Source: Pseudomonadota bacterium
GTDB lineage: Bacteria > Pseudomonadota > Alphaproteobacteria > Rhizobiales > Rhizobiaceae
Direction of reading: 5' to 3'
Assembly: GCA_039814425.1 (NCBI GenBank)
Contig: JBCCBE010000002.1
Span: 5,400-69,399 of the forward strand
Length of the DNA stretch: 64,000 bases
The notes beneath the pieces are model-generated. The model was not told the origin of the DNA and did not search any database. It saw only the letters and a program-made list of their open reading frames with translations. Made by a program: the position numbers and the translations under genes. This document shows positions 51,186 to 59,182 of the stretch, piece after piece; within the stretch, counting starts at the first letter, position 1, and every line of letters starts with the position of its first letter.

Positions 51186-53126
51186 ATGGTCGACAAGGTC
51201 GTGTCGCTGGAAGATGCAATTGCCACGATTGCAGATGGTGACACAGTTTGTGTCTCCGGGTTTGTGGGCATTGGAACACCTGAAAGTCTGTTGCGCGGTA
51301 TTGAGGAAAGCTACCTCACCCGCATTGCGCCCAAAGACATCTCACTCTTGTTCGCTGCTGCGCCGGGCGATGGCAAGGATCGCGGCTTAAACAGGCTTGC
51401 CCACAAAGGCCTTGTCAGACGGGCGATTGGGGGACACTGGTCGTTGGTTCCCAAGCTTGGTGCCCTGGCGATGAGTGAAGAAATCGAAGCCTACAACCTG
51501 CCGCTTGGCTGTATTTCGCAGCTTTATCGCGATATCGCTTCTGGCAAGCCAGGGATGTTTTCAAAAGTCGGTTTGCACACGTTTGTTGATCCACGCCAAT
51601 CCGGTGGTGCGATAAATTCCCGGACTAAGGAACCTTTAGTAGAAGTTCAAGAAATTGCCGGAGAGGAATGGTTGTTTTATAAGTCCATTCCCGTAAATGT
51701 GGCCCTCATTCGAGGTACAACAGCAGACCCGCTTGGCAACATCACCATGGAACGCGAAGCGCTGACGCTTGATATGTTGCCGATTGCCATGGCTGCAAAA
51801 AATTCTGGCGGCCTGGTGATTGCCCAAGTAGAACGCGTTGCGGCACCCGGCTCCTTAATGCCAAAGGAAGTTATTGTTCCAGGTAATCTGGTGGACTGTG
51901 TGGTAATTTCTGAACCAGATGAACACGCCCAGACGTTCCAGACGCGCTATAATCACGGCTTTTCTGGTCGCATGAAATCTCTGGTCGATGCATTGCAGCC
52001 AATGGACTTAACAGAGCGTAAGGTGATCGCACGCCGAGCCACTATGGAGCTTCCAGTAAATGGGATTGTCAATCTGGGAATAGGGATGCCAGAGGGTGTA
52101 GGTTCGGTGGCCAATGAAGAAAACATCATCGACTGTATCACACTGACAACCGAAGCCGGTGTTCATGGTGGCGTACCTCAGTCCGGGCTTGATTTTGGTG
52201 CCGCGATCAATGCCAGCGCAATCATTCAAACCAATCAACAGTTTGATTTTTACGATGGTGGCGGGCTTGACCTTGCATGTCTTGGGATGGCGGAAACCGA
52301 TCAATATGGAAACGTGAATGTCAGCCGTTTCAAGGATAGGTTTGCAGGCGCAGGCGGGTTTATTAACATTTCACAAAATGCCCGAAAAGTTTTGTTCGTA
52401 GGAACGTTCACCGCTGGGGGTTTACGGGTCAAAGTAGGAGATGGAAAACTTGAAATACTGCGGGAAGGGCGCAGTCGGAAATTCATCAAGGATGTGGAAC
52501 AGATTACATTCAATGGTCCGTTTACAGCTGAAAGCGGACGAGAGGTATTTTACATCACTGAGCGTTGCGTTTTCAAACTGACTGAAAATGGCTTGGAGTT
52601 GATCGAGATTGCACCGGGAATAGATCTCCAGTCTCAGATTCTGGACCTGATGGATTTCATCCCTATCATGAATAAACCGGCGTTGATGGATCCAAGGATT
52701 TTTGAAGACCAGGCGATGAAGCTGCGCAAGGAAATGCTGGATATTCCGATCAAGGACCGGTTGGTTTACGATGAAGACACCAATATTGTATACGCGAACA
52801 TGAGTGGTCTGGATGTGTCTACAAAAGACGAGTTGGCAAGCATTGATAAGGAAATGAATGGTTTCTTTACCGGTTTGGGCCACAAGGTTGATATTGTTGC
52901 AAACTATGATGGTATTTCAATAGCACCGCGTCTTTCCAGCAAGTTCATGAACCTGCTTGGGCAGTTGGAATATGATTATTATCTGACTTCCACCCACTAT
53001 ACGACGAGCGCTTTCCTACGCCAGAAGCTTGGGCGCGATTTTAAAAACAGATCGATTCCACCACATATTTTCGAAAGTCGGGAAGAAGCCTCAAAGCATC
53101 TTAAACTGCAAAAGCAGAAAGATTAA
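51186..53126 (+). CDS. Family I acyl-CoA:carboxylate CoA-transferase (Pct/YdiF-like) with C-terminal extension
   Basis: VVSLEDAIATIADGDTVCVSGFVGIGTPE N-terminus and fused alpha/beta halves. 646 aa. GAGGAGG Shine-Dalgarno upstream. Confidence 0.86.
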   Translation: MVDKVVSLEDAIATIADGDTVCVSGFVGIGTPESLLRGIEESYLTRIAPKDISLLFAAAPGDGKDRGLNRLAHKGLVRRAIGGHWSLVPKLGALAMSEEIEAYNLPLGCISQLYRDIASGKPGMFSKVGLHTFVDPRQSGGAINSRTKEPLVEVQEIAGEEWLFYKSIPVNVALIRGTTADPLGNITMEREALTLDMLPIAMAAKNSGGLVIAQVERVAAPGSLMPKEVIVPGNLVDCVVISEPDEHAQTFQTRYNHGFSGRMKSLVDALQPMDLTERKVIARRATMELPVNGIVNLGIGMPEGVGSVANEENIIDCITLTTEAGVHGGVPQSGLDFGAAINASAIIQTNQQFDFYDGGGLDLACLGMAETDQYGNVNVSRFKDRFAGAGGFINISQNARKVLFVGTFTAGGLRVKVGDGKLEILREGRSRKFIKDVEQITFNGPFTAESGREVFYITERCVFKLTENGLELIEIAPGIDLQSQILDLMDFIPIMNKPALMDPRIFEDQAMKLRKEMLDIPIKDRLVYDEDTNIVYANMSGLDVSTKDELASIDKEMNGFFTGLGHKVDIVANYDGISIAPRLSSKFMNLLGQLEYDYYLTSTHYTTSAFLRQKLGRDFKNRSIPPHIFESREEASKHLKLQKQKD

Positions 53127-53959
53127 TCCTTTATTGGCGTGTCATCTTCGATCCAGCCATCCGGTTTCATTTCCAGCCATTGCGTCTTGTCATCTTCAAG
53201 AAATTCAATCGTATGAATGATAGTGGCCTCAGAGCTTAGCAAGCAGACATTATAACTCGGAGAAAGCGGAGCTATGCCAATCCGGTCCAGCGGTTCAAAA
53301 TCCGGCACACAAGGATGGGAAGTGGAGCGGGGCGCTGAGAAAGGGATTCCACACACGCTACCAGAAAGAATATAATGGCAATGGCCAAAAAAAATGTGAC
53401 GAATGATTGACTGAAATTCTTTCAATATCGTGCGAAATGCCTCGCCATCTTCAACCATGCCAATGGTGTCACAGGACGGTACTCCGACTTCCACCGGGTT
53501 ATGATGCATAAACAGAAAAACGGATCGCTCCGCTTTTTCTGCGGCCTTCAACTGCTTGCGTAGCCACATTTGCCGATCAGAACCATAGTGGCCTGCATGG
53601 GAACCTTCCGCCACAGTGTCCAGAAACAGAAATTCCCTAACACCGATGTTGGTGGTGTATTGGACATAGCCCATTTCATCTGTCTGCACATGCGGGAAAA
53701 AGTTTTTGAATCGCTCACGATCATCATGATTTCCGATCATTAGAGTGGTTGTCATGTCCCAATCATTAAGTAGCATTTTAAGCTCAGCATAGGACTGATC
53801 CTGCCCGTGATGGGTTAAATCTCCCGTAATCACTACCATATCGGCATCCCTATGATACTTGGAAACATGAGCCAAACAGGCTTTAAAATTTCCAATAGAA
53901 TCATCCCCCAGAATAGGGGAGGGATTGATGTGAATATCGGATATATGAATGAGTTTCAT
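53123..53959 (-). CDS. Calcineurin-like metallophosphoesterase
   Basis: HISDIH, GDLTHHG, GNHD, MHHNP and GHCH motifs in the canonical order. Confidence 0.82.
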   Translation of the reverse strand: MKLIHISDIHINPSPILGDDSIGNFKACLAHVSKYHRDADMVVITGDLTHHGQDQSYAELKMLLNDWDMTTTLMIGNHDDRERFKNFFPHVQTDEMGYVQYTTNIGVREFLFLDTVAEGSHAGHYGSDRQMWLRKQLKAAEKAERSVFLFMHHNPVEVGVPSCDTIGMVEDGEAFRTILKEFQSIIRHIFFGHCHYILSGSVCGIPFSAPRSTSHPCVPDFEPLDRIGIAPLSPSYNVCLLSSEATIIHTIEFLEDDKTQWLEMKPDGWIEDDTPIKD

Positions 53960-53973
53960 GGCAATTTCCAAGT

Positions 53974-54900
53974 CTAAAAGAGAGTTTCATCCCTATCTTT
54001 TTTTGCATTTTCCAGCATCCATTGCTTCACCTCTTGTGCCTGTTGAATAAGACCTGAATTTCTTGACCATACGAGGTAAAATCCTTTACCCGTTTTCCAC
54101 GTCCATTCCGGTTTTCCCGCCAGAAGTCCTTGCTCAATAAGTTTGCGCGTTACGTGCTCCCACCCAAATGCAAAGCCTTCACCTGCAATAGCTGCCTGCA
54201 AAACCAAAGCATAATCGTTGAGCCTCAATCCTGCATCCGGCGGCTGATCGCTGAAACCGTGATGGGCAAACCATTGCGACCAGGTCGGGCGGTCACGGAT
54301 TGGTTCTTCAAGATGTATCAAACGTTCCTGCAGTAAGGCGCCCACAGCACTCAAATCCTTAGAGTTTGCCATTACCGATGGACTGGCAATTGGGAAAATA
54401 ATTTCTTCTGCGATCAGGACAGAATCGCATCCCCGCCAGGTCCCATTACCCCTGCGGATTGCAAGGCTGAGACCTTCGGCATCAATATCCGGTTCATGGT
54501 CACTTGTTTGCAGCCGCAGGTCGATCTCCGGGTGCATGGCATGCAGATCGGCAAGTCGCGGCACCATCCAATAGTAAGCAAATGCAGTGGAGGCTGAAAG
54601 CGTCACATGCTCCTTGCGTGCGCGCTGATGGATACCCTTTGCTGATTGTAAAATCTGGTCAAAGCCTCCGGTAACATCAGAAAACAAACGCCCTCCGGCC
54701 GCTGTTAGTTCGACCCGCTTGTGACTGCGCTTAAACAGCAATACTCCCAAAGATGCTTCTATCTGTTTGATGGCAGCACTTACCGCAGGCTGTTGAACAT
54801 TCAATTCCCGCGCAGCAAGCGTAAAGGAGCCAGTTCTTGCGGCAGCCTCAAAAACCATAAGATGGCGTGGCGATGCGGTAAGCTTCCAGAGTTCTTGCAT
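53974..54900 (-). CDS. LysR-family transcriptional regulator
   Basis: N-terminal wHTH FEAAARTGSFTLAARELNVQQPAVSAAIKQIE. Divergent from the MttB-family gene. Confidence 0.92.
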   Translation of the reverse strand: MQELWKLTASPRHLMVFEAAARTGSFTLAARELNVQQPAVSAAIKQIEASLGVLLFKRSHKRVELTAAGGRLFSDVTGGFDQILQSAKGIHQRARKEHVTLSASTAFAYYWMVPRLADLHAMHPEIDLRLQTSDHEPDIDAEGLSLAIRRGNGTWRGCDSVLIAEEIIFPIASPSVMANSKDLSAVGALLQERLIHLEEPIRDRPTWSQWFAHHGFSDQPPDAGLRLNDYALVLQAAIAGEGFAFGWEHVTRKLIEQGLLAGKPEWTWKTGKGFYLVWSRNSGLIQQAQEVKQWMLENAKKDRDETLF

Positions 54901-54952
54901 AACTCCAGATTATCCAAATCATTGTCTTTTTCAAGGGTCACAAGTCTTGAGT

Positions 54953-56521
54953 ATGCCTATACAGTGCAAGAATAAATTCGGGGGACATAAATTGCCGCGA
55001 AGATCACGAAATTCGAAGTCTCGCATTGACGTGGAGAAATCTGCAATACCATCACCATTTGTTCGTCGTACCTTGCCATTTTTCAATATTCTAGATGATG
55101 AAGCGCTTAGAAAGCTGGACTCTCATGTTGATTGGTTAATGCAGGAAGTCGGCATTGCGTTTCGCGATGACCCAGAAGCGCTTGAGATTTGGCGTAAGGT
55201 TGCGGGTGATGGCGTTAAAATTGATGGCGACATTATAAAAGCACCAGCTGACTGGGTACGGGCCCAGTGCAGAAAAGCGCCGAGTGAATTTATCCAACAT
55301 GCCAGAAACCCAAACCGCAATGTTACCATTGGGGGAACTAATCAGGTCTTTGCTCCGATCTATGGGGCGCCATTTGTCCGTGATCTTGAAGGCGGTCGCC
55401 GATATGGCGATATGGAAAGTTTTCAAAAGCTTGTAAAGCTTGCCTATATGCATCCAAATCTGCATCACACAGGCCTTGTGATCTGCGAACCCTGTGATGT
55501 GCCGGTAAGCCATCGCCACCTTGATATGGTGTTGGCGCATATGACGCTCTCAGACAAACCGCACCTTGGTGCAATCACTGAAATGACGCGTGCGCAGGAC
55601 AGTGTTGATATGGCAGAAATTCTCCATGGCAAAGACGTCATGGAGGAAAAATGCGTCATCATGGGCAATGTGAATACAAATTCACCATTGCTAGTGGATA
55701 AAGTAGTCACGCAGGCGGTTCAAACCTATTGCAGTCGTGGTCAGGGCATTGTGGTGGTTCCGTTCATATTATCCGGCGCAATGGGCCCGGTCTCAACCAC
55801 AGCTTCTGTTACGCAGGCGATGGCTGAAGCGCTAATGGTTTGTGCGTTTTCTCAATTGGTAAAACCGGGCGCACCCTTTATCCTGGGAAATTTTCTGTCT
55901 TCAATGTCGCTGAAATCTGGGGCACCTACGTTTGGGATGCCGGAACCGGTTATCTCGAATTATGCGATTGGTCAATTAGCCCGCCGGGCCGGTTTGCCAC
56001 TTCGTTGCGGCGGGTCGCTTACCGCGTCAAAAATCGAAGATGCACAAGCAGCTTATGAGTCAGCAGATTCGATGCATTCAACCATGTTGGCAGGTGCAAA
56101 CTTCGTGTTGCATGCGGCGGGCTGGATGGAAGGCGGGTTATGCACTGGATTTGAAAAGCTAATCATGGATGCAGACCGTCTTGGGTCATATCAAAAGGTA
56201 CTCGATCTGGGCCTGGACTTGTCCGATGAAGCCTTTGCAAAGGATGCCTACGAAGAAGTGGCCCCCGGCGGTCATTTCCTTGGTTCAGGCCATACTATGA
56301 GAAATTATCCTAAAGCCTTTTATGAGCCAGCCCTTTCCGATAGCGAAAACGTTGAGAGCTGGGAAGAGGGTGGTTCCAAGGACATGCGGCGCCGCGCATT
56401 CGAACGTTGGAACCAAATGCTGAAGGATTATGAAACCCCCGCTCTGGATCAAGCCAAACGGGAAGAACTTGAAGAATACGTGACCCGTCGGAAACAGGAA
56501 ATTCCTGAAGCCTGGTACTAG
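54953..56521 (+). CDS. MttB-superfamily (non-pyrrolysine) methyltransferase, probable quaternary-amine methyltransferase
   Basis: About 520 aa. N-terminal RRSRNSK...LPFFNILDDEALRKLDSHVDWLMQEVGIAF matches the trimethylamine methyltransferase family. No in-frame TAG. Confidence 0.82.
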   Translation: MPIQCKNKFGGHKLPRRSRNSKSRIDVEKSAIPSPFVRRTLPFFNILDDEALRKLDSHVDWLMQEVGIAFRDDPEALEIWRKVAGDGVKIDGDIIKAPADWVRAQCRKAPSEFIQHARNPNRNVTIGGTNQVFAPIYGAPFVRDLEGGRRYGDMESFQKLVKLAYMHPNLHHTGLVICEPCDVPVSHRHLDMVLAHMTLSDKPHLGAITEMTRAQDSVDMAEILHGKDVMEEKCVIMGNVNTNSPLLVDKVVTQAVQTYCSRGQGIVVVPFILSGAMGPVSTTASVTQAMAEALMVCAFSQLVKPGAPFILGNFLSSMSLKSGAPTFGMPEPVISNYAIGQLARRAGLPLRCGGSLTASKIEDAQAAYESADSMHSTMLAGANFVLHAAGWMEGGLCTGFEKLIMDADRLGSYQKVLDLGLDLSDEAFAKDAYEEVAPGGHFLGSGHTMRNYPKAFYEPALSDSENVESWEEGGSKDMRRRAFERWNQMLKDYETPALDQAKREELEEYVTRRKQEIPEAWY

Positions 56522-56541
56522 AAATACAAAAGGAAATACTT

Positions 56542-58995
56542 ATGCCATCCATTCAAAAAGAAGAAACCGCTCTAAATAGGAAACAACTACCAAGCCACGC
56601 AAAAGTTGTCGTTATAGGCGGCGGTGTTGTTGGATGCTCTATACTCTTTCACCTAGCAAAATTCGGCTGGAAAGATGTCGTCCTGCTTGAGCGCGACGAA
56701 CTAACCTCTGGTTCCTCCTGGCACGCAGCAGGGCAAATCCACACAATCAGCTCAGACCCAAACATTTCGCGTCTGCAAGGCTATACGATTGATCTTTATA
56801 AAGAGATCGAAGAAACATCCGGCCACTCTGTTGGCTTGCACATGACCGGTGGATTTTATCTTGCGTCTGATAAAGCCTGGTATGATTACTTGAAACGGGA
56901 GCGTTCTAAAGCCCGTTATATGGGACTGCATCAGGAGTTTATTTCTCCGCAAGAAGTTGCTGATCGCCATCCTCTGATTGATCCAAAACACTATCTTGCA
57001 GCGCTGTGGGATGATCAGGATGGGGACCTGGACCCATCTGGTGCGACGTATGCATTTGCCAAGGCGGCCCGGGTTCATGGTGCGCAATACTTTACACACA
57101 CACCGGTGAAGGAAACTCTTCAGCACAAGGATGGCTCCTGGGAAGTGGTTACCCCACGGGGAAACATTAATGCTGAGATTATTGTCAATTGCGGCGGCCT
57201 ATGGGCGCGTGAAGTTGGGCAAATGCAGGGAGTAAACGTTCCGGTTCAGCCGATGGAACATCATTACCTGCTCACAGAACGTATCGATGCAGTCGCCAAT
57301 CATCCTGAGCGATTACCTTGTGGCATTGACTATGAAGCAAATCTCTATTTCCGCCAGGAACGAGAGGGCATGTTGATTGGAACCTATGAACCGGTCGGCA
57401 CTCCTTGGAAGGTGGACGGTACACCGTGGGACTTTGGGCATGAACTCTTGCCTCCGCAACTTGAAAATATCGCGGATCGACTTGAACTGGCCTTTGAGCG
57501 GATCCCTGCCCTGGGACAGGCGGGTATCAAAGATGCGATCAACGGACCGTTTACATTTGGACCAGATGGTAACCCGATGATCGGCCCAGTGCCGGGAATG
57601 ACAAATTACTGGTGTGCAGTTGGTGTGATGGCAGGGTTCTGTCAGGGCGGCGGCGTTGGTCTCACGATGGCAGAATGGATGATCGACGGCGAACCTTCAA
57701 TTGATGTCTGGGCAATGGATGTTGCGCGCTTTGGCGATTGGGCAACCCCGGACTGGGGCACCATCAAATCAACAGAAAATTATGAACGCCGGTTTGTCAT
57801 GACTTTCCCAAATGAGACCTTGCCGAAAGGGCGGATGCAAAAGACAACTGCGCTCTATGATCATCTTGTAGCAAAAGGTGCTCGTATGGATCAGGGTTTC
57901 GGTTTGGAAAACGCACTTTGGTTTGCAGATAGTGCTGAGGATGCACACGAAGACCCTACCTTTGAGCGCAACCGCAGTCATGAATACGTGGCGCGCGAGG
58001 TAAAAGCGGTTCGTGAAAATGTTGGCGGGATCGAAATCGCAAACTTTGCAAAACATGAGTTTAAAGGTTCAGGCGCACGCACTTACCTGAATCATATTTT
58101 GGCTGGTTTTGTTCCAAAGCCAGGACGGCTTGCCCTAACCCCAATGTTGACACCCAAAGGGCGTCTTTATGGTGATCTAACGGTTGCCTGTTTAGCAGAA
58201 GATCACTTCATTTTGTTTGGTTCCGGCGCGATGCAAGAAGCGCATCGGCGCTGGTTTGAAAAAGATCTGCCGGATGATGTCAGCTATTCAAACATATCCG
58301 ATGATTGGCACGGGATTGCAATTTCTGGTCCAAAATCGCGTGAGCTTCTTCAATGTATCACGCGAGAGGATGTTAGCGCTGAAGCATTCAAATTCCGCGA
58401 TTTGCGCCAGACTTTTGTTGGCGATGTGCCGGTCATTCTAAATCGGATCAGTTTCTCAGGTGAATTGGGCTATGAAATTTATTGTAAACCGCTTTTTTTG
58501 CGCAAACTGGCGGATGCAATCGAAAAGGCTGGCGGCGATTTAGGGTATCAATGGTATGGCGCGCGCGCTTTGATGAGCATGCGGCTGGAAAAAGGCTGGG
58601 GTGTTTGGACACTTGATTATCGCCCGGACTTTAATGCAGTTCAGTCAGGAATGGATGTCTTTATCAACTGGAAAAAAGACTTTGTCGGTAAACAGGCCAC
58701 TCAGGAAATCCGCGATCAAGGAGCTGATCGCAAACTCGTAACGATGGTAATTGATGTAGACGGGATCGATGTATCTGGGGATGAGGCGGTTTTGAAAGGC
58801 GGTGAGGCTGTTGGTTATGTCTCATCGGGCGGCTATGCGCACTATGCACAAAAATCCATGGCGATGGGGTATCTGGCAGCTGAACACGCTGTTCCGGGAA
58901 AAGGCATTGAAGTCGAGATATTAGGCAAGTTCTACTCAGCGGAAATTCTCGGTTCGCCGATTTATGATGCAAATGGCGCAAATATGCGCGCATAA
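56542..58995 (+). CDS. FAD-dependent oxidoreductase fused to a GcvT-like folate-binding domain (dimethylglycine/sarcosine dehydrogenase-like)
   Basis: VVVIGGGVVGCSILFHLAK Rossmann motif, 817 aa, and a C-terminal aminomethyltransferase-like region (RISFSGELGYEIY). Confidence 0.87.
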   Translation: MPSIQKEETALNRKQLPSHAKVVVIGGGVVGCSILFHLAKFGWKDVVLLERDELTSGSSWHAAGQIHTISSDPNISRLQGYTIDLYKEIEETSGHSVGLHMTGGFYLASDKAWYDYLKRERSKARYMGLHQEFISPQEVADRHPLIDPKHYLAALWDDQDGDLDPSGATYAFAKAARVHGAQYFTHTPVKETLQHKDGSWEVVTPRGNINAEIIVNCGGLWAREVGQMQGVNVPVQPMEHHYLLTERIDAVANHPERLPCGIDYEANLYFRQEREGMLIGTYEPVGTPWKVDGTPWDFGHELLPPQLENIADRLELAFERIPALGQAGIKDAINGPFTFGPDGNPMIGPVPGMTNYWCAVGVMAGFCQGGGVGLTMAEWMIDGEPSIDVWAMDVARFGDWATPDWGTIKSTENYERRFVMTFPNETLPKGRMQKTTALYDHLVAKGARMDQGFGLENALWFADSAEDAHEDPTFERNRSHEYVAREVKAVRENVGGIEIANFAKHEFKGSGARTYLNHILAGFVPKPGRLALTPMLTPKGRLYGDLTVACLAEDHFILFGSGAMQEAHRRWFEKDLPDDVSYSNISDDWHGIAISGPKSRELLQCITREDVSAEAFKFRDLRQTFVGDVPVILNRISFSGELGYEIYCKPLFLRKLADAIEKAGGDLGYQWYGARALMSMRLEKGWGVWTLDYRPDFNAVQSGMDVFINWKKDFVGKQATQEIRDQGADRKLVTMVIDVDGIDVSGDEAVLKGGEAVGYVSSGGYAHYAQKSMAMGYLAAEHAVPGKGIEVEILGKFYSAEILGSPIYDANGANMRA

Positions 58996-59182
58996 CAAAG
59001 AGTATTTTGACCGTGTTGAGCAAGTTCTGCTTGTACCCGTTCAGACTACCTAGGTGATCTACGTAATCATCCGGATTTTTCGGTAATAGTCACAAATATA
59101 TAAATTCCATGGCTTGGTTCATGTTTGCTCCACGACATCCCACGGGAATGGTCGGGATTATTAAAACGTAAGGAATCGAGCA

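Noticed and set aside
51154-51390. 78-aa ORF overlapping the start of the CoA-transferase gene.
   Set aside because: It is out of frame with a strongly supported gene that has a GAGGAGG Shine-Dalgarno at the right distance. The product is Arg/Cys-rich and non-protein-like.
54899-54913. ATAA-N7-TTAT dyad (a T-N11-A LysR-box candidate) in the LysR/MttB divergent region.
   Set aside because: It overlaps the LysR start codon itself and is a very low-information AT-rich motif.
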